The notes beneath the pieces were generated by a model. The model was not told the origin of the DNA and ran no database searches. It saw nothing but the letters and a program-made list of their open reading frames with translations. From Octopus vulgaris (Eukaryota): DNA of 64,000 nt. Every line of letters starts with the position of its first letter. The first letter of the stretch is position 1. Shown one piece after another: positions 53,950-64,000 of this stretch. The stretch is from contig OX597837.1 in NCBI GenBank assembly GCA_951406725.2, positions 25,234,001 through 25,298,000 on the forward strand. Direction: 5' to 3'. The position numbers were made by a program, and so were the translations under genes.

Positions 53950-55904
53950 TATGAGTATTTTTATGTTTATATATGTGTGTATATGTATGTGACTATGTGT
54001 GTCTGTGTATGTTTATGGGCGAATGTGTGTATGTGTGTGTCTATACTTAGGTTGTACATTGCTTGTTATTTATCTTTTATTTAGTTTTATATTCTCTTTG
54101 TACTCTACTTCTTTACCAACACTACTCTCTCTTTTACTTGTCTCAGTCATTTGACTGCGGCCATGCTGGAGCACCGCCTTTAGTCGAGCAAATCGACCCC
54201 AGGACTTATTCTTTGTAAGCCCAGTACTTATTCTATCGGTCTCTTTTGCCGAACCGCTAAGTAACGGGGACGTAAACACACCAGCATCGGTTGTCAAGCA
54301 ATGCTAGGGGGACAAACACACACACATACATACATATATATATACGACAGGCTTCTTTCAGTTTCCGTCTACCAAATCCACTCACAAGGCATTGGTCGGC
54401 CCGGGGCTATAGCAGAAGACACTTGCCCAAGAAACCACGCAGTGGGACTGAACCCGCAACCATGTGGTTGGTTAGCAAGCTACTTACCACACAGCCACTC
54501 CTTAATTGAAAGAAACACAGAGCATCTCAAAATAAATACGGTAATGAAAGGGTTAATCACTTCATAAATAGATATGAATAAAATTAAGCACCTAACTGAG
54601 AAAAATACAGGGGTCAGTACAGTAGCAATAAAAACCCTGAAAACTGTATCCCATTATGGCTTCACACCAATGGCATCTCATTTTGTGTCCTTGCTTACAT
54701 GAGTTGGACAAATCAGCTCCAATGCATGTCCCCCCACTTGTTATCCTTTGTTATCTCCTTTCTGAGGTTAAGCATCCTGAGATTGACTTTCACTATTTCT
54801 TATTTCTTTATTGCCCACAAGGGGCTAAACATAGAGGGGACAAACAAGGACAGAGAAAGGGATTGAGTCGATTAGATTACATTGATCCCAGTGCGTAACT
54901 GGTACTTAATTTATCGACCTCGCTAAGATGAAAGGCAAAATCAACCTCAGCGAAATTTGAACTCAGAATGTAATGGCAGACAAAATACCTATTTCTTTAC
55001 TAACCACAAGGGGCTACACACAGATGGGACAAACAAGGACAGACAAATGGATTAAGTTGATTGTATCGACCCCAGTGTGTAACTGGTACTTATTTAATCA
55101 ACCCTGGAAGGATGAAAGGCAAAGTTGACCTCGGCGGAATTTGAACTCAGAATGTAATGGCAGACGAGATACCGCTAAGTATTTCGCCCGGCGTATTAAC
55201 GATTCTGCCAGCTTGCCGACTTTCACTATTTCTGACCGCATCTTCCTTGGGTCTTCTTCTCTCACTGGTTCTTTACACATGTATCTCCTAGTGCTTCTTT
55301 ACTTAACTGTCTGTCATCCACACACATAGGAGTGGCTGTTTGGTAAGTAGCTTGCTTACGAACCACATGGTTCCGGGTTCAGTCCCACTGTGTGGCACCT
55401 TGGGTAAGTGTCTTCTACTATAGCCACGGGCCGACCAAAGCCTTGTGAGTGGATTTGGTAGACGGAAACTGTAAGAAGCCCGTCGTATATATGTATATAT
55501 ATATATGTATGTATGTACGTGTTTGTGTGTCTGTGGTTGTTCCCCCAACATTGCTTGACAACCGATGCTGGTGTGTTTACGTCCCCGTAACTTAGACCGA
55601 TAAAATAAGTACTAGACTTACAAAGAATAAGTCCTGGGGTCGATTTGATCGACTAAAGGCGGTGCTCCAGCATGGCCACAGTCACATGACTGAAACAAGT
55701 AAAAGAGTAAAGAGTAATGCAGTCCTCTTTCTTTTGCATACTACATCTGATTCTTTTTATATCCAGTTTCTTTCTCACCTCATCCGTACCACACTGCTCA
55801 TTCACAATAACATTACTCATTCAATGAATCATGCTTGCTTCATGTGTTTCCATCCTTCATGCCTCATCTGTGTTTATTGCCCACGTCTCACTACCTTGCA
55901 AGTA

Positions 55905-56195
55905 TTAATAATAATAATGTTCGTCCTTCAGGTTCGAAGATGACCACTGACATCATCTGGTGGAACTGCCGCTATGAGACCGGAGGTGGCTGGTGAGGCC
56001 AATCCGGGCAAGGAAGCCCCTCCCACAGGTGGGGCAGAAGTGGGTAGGGGCCGTGCTACTGGTGCAGGTGGCTCTGGCTTTCCGCATCTGGCGTTTCTGC
56101 TCTGCTGACCGAATCCGTCCCTCTCGGCTGTCCCTGCTCCAGTGGTGATTGCGCTGCGCCAGGATGAGCGGTCGGCAGCGGTTGGCACCTTGCAA
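55905..56195 (-). mobile_element. RTE-clade LINE 3' end
   Basis: AADRSSWRSAI.../EQKRQMRKAR...HFCPTCGRGFLARIGLTSHLRSH (C2H2), then a short 3'UTR and an (ATT)n tail. Confidence 0.75.
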
Positions 56196-56369
56196 GTATT
56201 ACAGTCCATACACATGCCTTGTGCAATCTATCCTTCACTCAAAGATAGAATCTCCTTGCCGCCAACAGAGATATTTCCCCAACACCTTTTCTAAATATTA
56301 TGAGTTGAACAACGAGCATCTCTGTCTATACCTTTTCTACAGTCACCAATTGCTTGATATCCAATCTGA

Positions 56370-56866
56370 CCATCAGCCACAACAGGTACCAACAGAGGTA
56401 AAAACTCTCTGAATTTTCTCCATCCTATTCTTATTCTAGCTATTACATTCGCTGTACATCCTCCCCTATAACTAATTTTATCCCCTAGGTAGCAGAAATT
56501 ACCCATTACCTGTAAAGGGACTCTGGGGCATTTCAGAGAATCAATTTCTCAAGCATCTGTAGTTTTTATAGCTTCTGCACATCTTCCACACATGAACACT
56601 ACTTTCTCTGATAACCTTCCCGTTATTCTATTGCACCTGTTACGTGTCTAAAGCTTACACTGGGTACACCTTATGGAATTTCTGTCTACAACTTTACTAC
56701 AAATCAAGCAGGGACACTCTGTTTTCTTACTTACTAACACCTTAGCCTTCGCTAAATTAACAACAAGGCCCTTAGATTCCAGGTTTTACTCTTTCACATC
56801 TGGAATTTATTTTCTAGCTCTGATATAGAATCTGCAAAGAGGATAAGATCATCAGTATATAGTAAC
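56370..56866 (-). mobile_element. RTE-like LINE RT fragment
   Basis: LLYTDDLIL...LESKGLVVN..K.K...Cys-rich insert...FCYLGDKI..GGC...ARIRIGWRKFREFLPLL. A similar fragment lies at 26745-27140, split by a SINE. Confidence 0.7.
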
Positions 56867-56875
56867 CAAGCCTTG

Positions 56876-56911
<36 letters not shown>

Positions 56912-57220
56912 CGTGACTGATCAGGCTATCAGATGTTGCTACACATCGCTGGTCACAATGCACTTTGCATTGTTTTAGCCTTCAAATGACGCCACCCCGC
57001 TGGCTAAGCGAGCAGGCCAACAGAAGAAAGAGTGAGAGAAAATTGTGGTGAAAGAGTACAGCAGGGATTGCCACTACCCCCTGCCGGAGCCTTGTGGAGT
57101 TTTAGGTGTTTTCGTTCAATAAACAATCACAATGCCCGGTCTGGAAATCGAAACTGCGATCCTACGACTGCGAGTCTGCTGCCCTAACCACTGGGCCATT
57201 GCGCTTCCACACACACACAC

Positions 57221-57530
57221 ACACATATATAAGTTCAGCAAAAATTTAGATTCAAATGAATATGGTACTTAATTTAGATGCACCAGAATTCTGTATGGTG
57301 TTATCCATAAAAATCCGTGGGGTGATTATAATGAAAATAAGCAACAAGAATGACTCCGGTAATTTGGTACGAATTTTTGTATTAAAGGAAAACCTCTATA
57401 ATTGGCTGATGAGTACTAAGCATTTTAAAACTGTTGTAATACTTACAACATTTAATAAAATGATGTAGTACGAAACGATCGTACCAAATTATTGGAGTCA
57501 TTCTTGTTGCTTATTTTGATATATATATAT
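57221..57530 (+). mobile_element. Fold-back Penelope-like non-autonomous element with intact hammerhead
   Basis: Inverted arms at 57334-57372 and 57479-57517; ends in (TA)n. The 5' part is similar to 40589-40720. Confidence 0.65.
57402..57487 (+). ncRNA. Type I minimal hammerhead ribozyme (canonical core)
   Basis: Stem I TTGG/CCAA; CTGATGA at 57406-57412; stem II GTACTA/TAGTAC extended by a TGTTGTAA-tac-TTACAACA hairpin; GAAA at 57472-57475; palindromic stem III ACGATCGT; GUA cleavage triplet at 57481-57483. Confidence 0.85.
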
Positions 57531-57765
57531 AAAAGCACAGGCGCAGGTGCCATGGAAAGAGCACCCAGTACACTCTGTAAAGTGGTTGGCTCCAGGAAGG
57601 GGATCCAACTATAAAAACCTTGCCAAAGCAGACAGTGGAACTTGGTGCAGTCCTCAGCTTTTCAGCTCCTGTGAAACTGTCCTGACCAATGCCAGCATGG
57701 AAGACAGACATTAAATGGTGAAGATGATGATGATGATGATGATATATACATAATTCATGTAATTA

Positions 57766-59057
57766 CGAGGGGCGTTCAATAAGTAATGCCCCTGACCCAC
57801 TTCCCATAGCAGTAGAGCAACGTAACTTGGCACAGGTATTAGTCTTTTTCTACATAGGAACAACCCAGAGGTACGCATTTCTCCCATCGTTTGATGCAGT
57901 TCTGGAGACCGTTTTCATAGAAGACCCCAGCTTGGTCCTCCAACCACGACGTGACTTCAGAAATCAAGGCTGCATCATCTGGGAAACGCTTTCCTTTCAA
58001 AAACAACTTCATGGCTGGGAAGAGGTGTAAATCAGAGGGTGCAAGGTCAGGAGAGTAGGGGGATGGGAGAAGAGTTCATAGCCGCACGCCTGTGCTTCTG
58101 ATCTGGCGACACGCGAGTTGTGGACCAGAGCGTTGTCCTGCAGGAGGAGGATGCCTTTACTGATCTTGCCCCGCCTCTTGGTTTCGATAGCTTCTCTTAA
58201 TTTCCTCAAAAGTGAAACATGATAGACTACTGTAATTGTGGTACCCTTTGCCAGGAAATCTGTCATCACTACTCCGTCCTGGTCCCAGAAGACTGTGAGC
58301 ATGACCTTGCCAGCGGAGGGCTGCACCCTTGCCTTCTTTGGAGGAGGTGAGTCATGGTGCTTCCATTGCTTTGACTGGGCTTTGGTCTCTGGATCATAGT
58401 GATGGACCCAGGTCTCATCCTGTGTAATCAGTCTTTTGAAAAATTTTGACTCATCTTCTTGGCACATCCCTAAATTCTTGCTTCTGGAATTCTTGCGTTC
58501 TTGCTTCTGGAAAAGTGTGAGCAACCTGGAAATCCATCTGGCAGACACCTTTTGCATATGCAAATGGTCATGAATGATAGTTTCCACAGACCCGGTACTA
58601 ATCTTGACCTCATGGGCTATTTGGCGAATAGTTATGCGTCGATCTTCCAAAATGGCAGCCTCAACTTGATGGACAGATACCTCATCAATGGCAGAAGGGG
58701 TGCGACCAGATCTGGGAGCTGTTTCCACAGAGTTCCGACCATGTTTGAATTCACGATGCCAGCGTTTTACAAGGTCATATGATGGGGCATCATCACCATA
58801 AGTTACTTTCATTTCATGAAAAGTCTCCTGTGGTGTGCATCATTTCAAATACAAAAACCGGATCACTGCTCGACACTCAACATGCTCCATTTCCCACTTG
58901 ACTCATTTCAAACACCTGTAAATCAGAAACCACAATTAGTTCGGAGCTGTAATTTGCCACTTAATCTATAGAGATATCAATAATTGCACATGCAAAATTT
59001 CAGCTCAATCAAACAAAGGCAAGTGGGTCAGAGGCATTACTTATTGAACGCCCCTCG
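57766..59057 (-). mobile_element. Full-length mariner (DD34D, irritans/Himar-like) DNA transposon
   Basis: TIRs CGAGGGGCGTTCAATAAGTAATGCC.CTGACCCACTT at both ends, TA target duplication, 1292 bp. Confidence 0.93.
57839..58890 (-). pseudogene. Mariner transposase, inactivated
   Basis: MEHVECRAVIRFLYLK*...ITQDETWVHHYDPE...LQDNA...HPP/YSPDLAPSD...RWEKCV; one in-frame stop and one frameshift. Confidence 0.9.
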
Positions 59058-59229
59058 TAAATCTTATATCATTGAATTACTTTAAAACTCAATTTATCTA
59101 GACAAGGAAGTCGTCTTAATCTTTCAGAATTTTCTTCAAGGAAAACAGTAAAAAAAAAAGAAGAGGAAAAACAAGAAAAAAAAATTTAATTTACTTATAA
59201 ATTTCTGATGAGATTACAGTAATGAAGCC

Positions 59230-59785
59230 GGTGGTGGTGGTGGCAGTGATGGGGGTGGTGGTAGTGGTGGTAAAGGTGTTGGCCAGGAGCATGGAACAGT
59301 GGTGAAATAGGGCTGTGGTGTGTGTGTGGGGGGGGGTGGATATGGCAGTGGTGGGGGTGGTGGTAGTGGTGGTAAAGGTGTTGGCCAGGAGCATGGAACA
59401 GTGGTGAAATAGGGCTGTGTGTGTGTGTGGGGGGGGGTGGATATGGCAGTGGTGGTAAAGGTGTTGGCCAGGAGCATGGAACAGTGGTGAAATAGGGCTG
59501 TGGAGTGTGTGTGTGGGGGATATGGCAGTGGTGGGGGTGGTGGTAGTGGTGGTAAAGGTGTTGGCCAGGAGCATGGAACAGTGGTGAAATAGGGCTGTAG
59601 TGTGTGTGGGGGTGGTGGATATGGCAGTGGTGAAATAGGGCTGTGGTGTGTGTGTGGGGGTGGATATGGCAGTGGTGAGGGTGGTGGTAGTGGTGATAAA
59701 GGTGTTGGCCAGGAGCATGGAACAGTGGTGAAATAGGGCTGTGGTGTGCGTATGTGTGGAGGTGTGGATATGGCAGTGGTGGGGG
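59230..59785. repeat. G-rich minisatellite, about five 80-100 bp units
   Basis: Repeated core GGTAAAGGTGTTGGCCAGGAGCATGGAACAGTGGTGAAATAGGGCTGT followed by variable GT and G tracts. Confidence 0.9.
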
Positions 59786-60007
59786 TTCTGCTGCTGATGG
59801 TGGTGATTTTGGTGATGGTGGTGGTAGTGTTTTTGGTGATGATACAAGCGACTGTAATTGTGCTGCAATTGAGCTGTGCATAAAATACTGCTGCTGATGT
59901 TGATGGTGATGATGATGATGATACCAATGGACACAATAGCACAAGTGCAGTTGATAAAATGATGTTAGTGACTGTGGCAATGGTGTTGGTGAAAGAATGG
60001 TAGCATT

Positions 60008-60065
60008 GGTGGTGGTGATGATGATGATGACAATGATGATGATGGTGATGATGATGATGACAATG

Positions 60066-60097
<32 letters not shown>

Positions 60098-60125
60098 GAC
60101 AATGATGATGATGATGACAATGATG

Positions 60126-60157
<32 letters not shown>

Positions 60158-60164
60158 GACAATG

Positions 60165-60196
<32 letters not shown>

Positions 60197-60203
60197 GACA
60201 ATG

Positions 60204-60235
<32 letters not shown>

Positions 60236-60257
60236 GGTGATGATGATGATGACAATG

Positions 60258-60289
<32 letters not shown>

Positions 60290-60296
60290 GACAATG

Positions 60297-60328
<32 letters not shown>

Positions 60329-60341
60329 GACAATGATGATG

Positions 60342-60373
<32 letters not shown>

Positions 60374-60392
60374 GGTGATGATGATGACAATG

Positions 60393-60424
<32 letters not shown>

Positions 60425-60437
60425 GACAATGATGATG

Positions 60438-60469
<32 letters not shown>

Positions 60470-60491
60470 GGTGATGATGATGATGACAATG

Positions 60492-60523
<32 letters not shown>

Positions 60524-60563
60524 GACAATGATGATGATGATGGTGATGATGATGATGACAATG

Positions 60564-60595
<32 letters not shown>

Positions 60596-60624
60596 GACAA
60601 TGATGATGATGATGATGATGATGA
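60008..60624. repeat. Compound (GAT)n array with periodic GACAAT/GGT interruptions
   Basis: Direct reading; alternating interruptions give a higher-order unit of about 30-50 bp. Confidence 0.95.
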
Positions 60625-60812
60625 TTCTGAATGTGACAGTGATGATGTTATCACGACAGGAAACATACGAAGAACCTTACCAATATTATTATTATTATTA
60701 TTATTATATCAGTCAGCAGTAATGTAGGATAGCAAGGTTTGAGCAGAGACTGAACTGGTTGAGTGTATCTGAAATGGTGGAAACTTACAATTAATTACAA
60801 AAGTGAATTGGA

Positions 60813-60860
<48 letters not shown>

Positions 60861-61522
60861 AATTTAGAGGAGGAGGAGGAGGAAGAGATTAGAGATTAAA
60901 AAAAAGAGAAAAAGAGATAGAGAGAAATCACAAAGGTGGGAGGAAGGAAGTGAGATCACAGATTGCAAGATTATAGACCTTGGAGAGCACAGAAACAGGA
61001 AATAAATTCCAAAAAGAGCAAAATTCTAGCCAAATTGATGTGGATATAATCAGTCATGAGGAGAGAGAGAAAGTTAGCTGAGGAGGAGGAGGAAAAGGAA
61101 GAGAGAGAGTGAGAGTGACATTTAGTAGAGAAAGGTATGGTAGAGAAAACATGAAACTTTTTTCCAAAATCTCCAGCTTTTCAGTAGAATAAGGCTAAAT
61201 TCTTTGAAACCAAAATGAAAGTTCTGTTCGACTTCCTTTTTCAGAAGTACTGACCAAGAAAATATCAACAAATCTTATTTGTCATCAAAATCTTATTGGC
61301 AATATACTGAGCAACAGTACAAACTTGTACATAAGGATCGCACAAGCCGGTACTAAAATGTCACGTCTAATGTGGGTTGTTGAATGACTGGGAATAAACA
61401 TAAAGATATCAGCTCTCAGAAGACGGTATCTTTCAAAGACTGATGGTGGTCGTGGTCGTGGTGGAGGTGGCATTGCTATAAGTTCTGATAAGCTGTGACT
61501 TATGCGCATTTTGTAAAGTACC

Positions 61523-61970
61523 TATTTCTATATTACCCACAAGGGGCTAAACACAGAAGGGACAAACAAGGACAGATATAGGTATTAAGTCGATTACATC
61601 GACCCCAGTGCGTAACTGGTACTTAATTTATTGACCCCGAAAGGATGAAAGGCAAAGTCGACCTCGGCGGAATTTGAACCCAGAACGTAACGGCAGACGA
61701 AATACCTATTTCTTTAGTACCCACAATGGGCTAAACACAGAGGGGACAAACAAGGACAGACACAGGTATTAAGTCGATTACATCGACCCCAGTGCATAAC
61801 TGGTACTTAATTTATTGACCCCAGTGCATAACTGGTACTTAATTTATGGGCCCCGAAAGGATGAAAGGCAAAGTCGACCCCGGCGGAATTTGAACTCAGA
61901 ACGTGGCGGCAGATGAAATACCACTAAGCATTTCGCCCGGCGTGCTAACGATTCTGCCAGCTTGCCACCT
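61523..61970 (-). mobile_element. Same SINE family, dimeric
   Basis: 16-bp TSD CATTTTGTAAAGTACC at 61507-61522 and 61972-61987. Other copies at 1-243, 256-463, 16691-16906, 20302-20530 and 54800-55218. Confidence 0.8.
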
Positions 61971-63022
61971 TCATTTTGTAAAGTACCATGGCTGGTACAC
62001 CAACTTACTTTCAACATTTTCAGATGTAATGGCAAGATTTTTTTTTCCTCCCATTTTTAGCAGCAATGATTCAAAGAACTAAAGAATTAAAGGAGTGTAT
62101 TGGGTTGGTGCATAATAATTGTGGTTTTTTTTCAACAAATTTTATTCAACAAAAATAATAACAATATTTTAAAAAAGCATCTTTAACCCTTTAGTGTTCT
62201 CATTATTCTGCCAAAATTAATGCTTTTACATCCTCATTGTATTAAACTAATCATGCATTATCTTGTAGCTATGCGATTTTGATGAGGTAGCCGTTAATTT
62301 TTAAAACGATATTGTGGGGCTGGTGTGAGAGACCAGATCTGGCCAGTTTGAACATAAAACAGGTAGAATATTTTTGGCCGGATATGGCCAGTTTGAATGC
62401 TAAAGGGTTAAATGACGGTCTGACTGTCTGCCAAGCAAATGGGAAGCAGTAATTGAAGTAGATGGTGAATATGCTCCAGAACAATCATTTAAAGATGTTT
62501 TTGTTACATGTTGTTATTGCTTTTGATGAATAAAATTTGCTTCCAATTCTCTTCACATCTTCATTTAAATCTGTTCCAACTCATATTCCTTGCCTGTCTT
62601 TTTTGCTATTTATTTACTTGTTTCAGTTATTCGACTCCAGCCATGCTGGGACACTGCCTTGAAGAAATTTAGTCAAATGTATCCACCCCAGTACGTCTTT
62701 TTTAACCTTGGTACTTATTCTATTGCTGTCTTTTGCCAAATCGCTAAGTTACAGGGATGTAACACACCAGCATCGGTTGTCAAGCGATGTTGGGGGGGGG
62801 GGACAAACACAGACACAAAAGTATACACACACACATACATACATACATAATTATACATATATATATATATATATAATGATAAATCTCAGAGCGAGTTATA
62901 AACAGTAGCGGTAACACAGATAGTGTGTCTATAGCCAGCGGGAGGAGGTGTCTTCCTGGGGCTACAAACTACAGTAGCATCCACCCTTTTGGGTTAGCCA
63001 TATTCAAATGGCATATATGCAT

Positions 63023-63073
<51 letters not shown>

Positions 63074-63333
63074 TAATAATAATATTAGGGAGTAAATCCA
63101 AACTTACAGGGAAATATTAGATTTAAGATTAAATCCAATTTTATAGTATAAATATATATATATTATATTAAATTAGAGATAAAACCACTATTAGGCAAAT
63201 CAAACATTATATATATATATAAATTATTAATTTAAATAATTTTTTAAATTTTAACTTTAATTTAAATATTTATTGGTTTATGATTTTCACTGTTTGATTT
63301 GCCTAATAGTGGTTTTATCTCTAATTTAATATA

Positions 63334-63364
<31 letters not shown>

Positions 63365-63895
63365 CATATATACGACGGGTTTCTTTTAGTTTCTGTCTAC
63401 CAAATCCACTCACAAGGCTTTGGTCGGCCTGAGACTATAGTAGAAGACACTTGCCCAAGGTGTCACACAGTGGGACTGAACCCAGAACCATGTGGTTAGT
63501 AAGCAAGCTACTTACCACACAGCCACTCCTATGTATATATATAGACTTCTTCCAGTTTCTGTCAACTAAATCTGCTCAGAAGGCTTTAGTCAGCCCAAGG
63601 TTATAATAGAAGACACTTGCCCAAGGTGTCATGCAGTGGGACTGAACCCAGTACCACGTGGTTGGAAAGCAAGATTCTTGCCACACAGCTACACCAGTGC
63701 TGATCCTTCACTTCAAAAAATATTTCCTTCAGACGCAGGAGTGGCTGTGTAGTAAGTAGCTTGTTTACCAACCACATGGTTCCGGGTTCAGTCCCACTGC
63801 GTGGCACCTTGGGCAAGTGTGTCTTCTACTATAGCCTCGGGCCAACCAAAGCCTTGTGAGTGGATTTGGTAGACGGAAACTGAAAGAAGCCCGTC

Positions 63896-63954
<59 letters not shown>

Positions 63955-64000
63955 TGTGTGTATTTGTGTGTCTGTGTTTGTCCCCCTAGCATTGCTTGAC

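Noticed and set aside
59191-60722. Pro/His/Thr-rich, poly-Ser and poly-Met ORFs
   Set aside because: Open in several frames because of repeat composition; no splice or homology support.
61285-61509. 74-aa ORF as an upstream MGAT5 exon
   Set aside because: No MGAT5 similarity and no clear splice signals; interrupted by a SINE at its 5' side.

Overview
AT-rich, microsatellite- and repeat-dense animal DNA; the SINE families and overall composition suggest an octopus (coleoid cephalopod) genome, which is an inference. One host gene is present. Seven coding exons of an MGAT5/GnT-V (alpha-1,6-mannosylglycoprotein 6-beta-N-acetylglucosaminyltransferase) homologue lie on the minus strand from 45195 to 2491. 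All six introns are GT-AG and phase-compatible, and the gene continues off the left edge. The rest is transposon-derived: several tRNA-derived SINE families, RTE/CR1/Tx1 LINE remnants, a young RT-RLE (R4/Dong-like) LINE inserted into a Helitron Pif1-helicase relic, non-autonomous Helitrons, Tc1 and mariner copies, and TTAA MITEs. The most interesting signal is invisible to the ORF track: a dispersed set of short, non-coding fold-back elements, mostly (TA)n-associated. Several carry minimal type I hammerhead ribozymes from at least four unrelated sequence families (Penelope-like pLTR/retrozyme-like). Other notable items are a SINE that forms multimers at a fixed self-complementary junction and an inverted SINE pair next to the first coding exon's splice donor.
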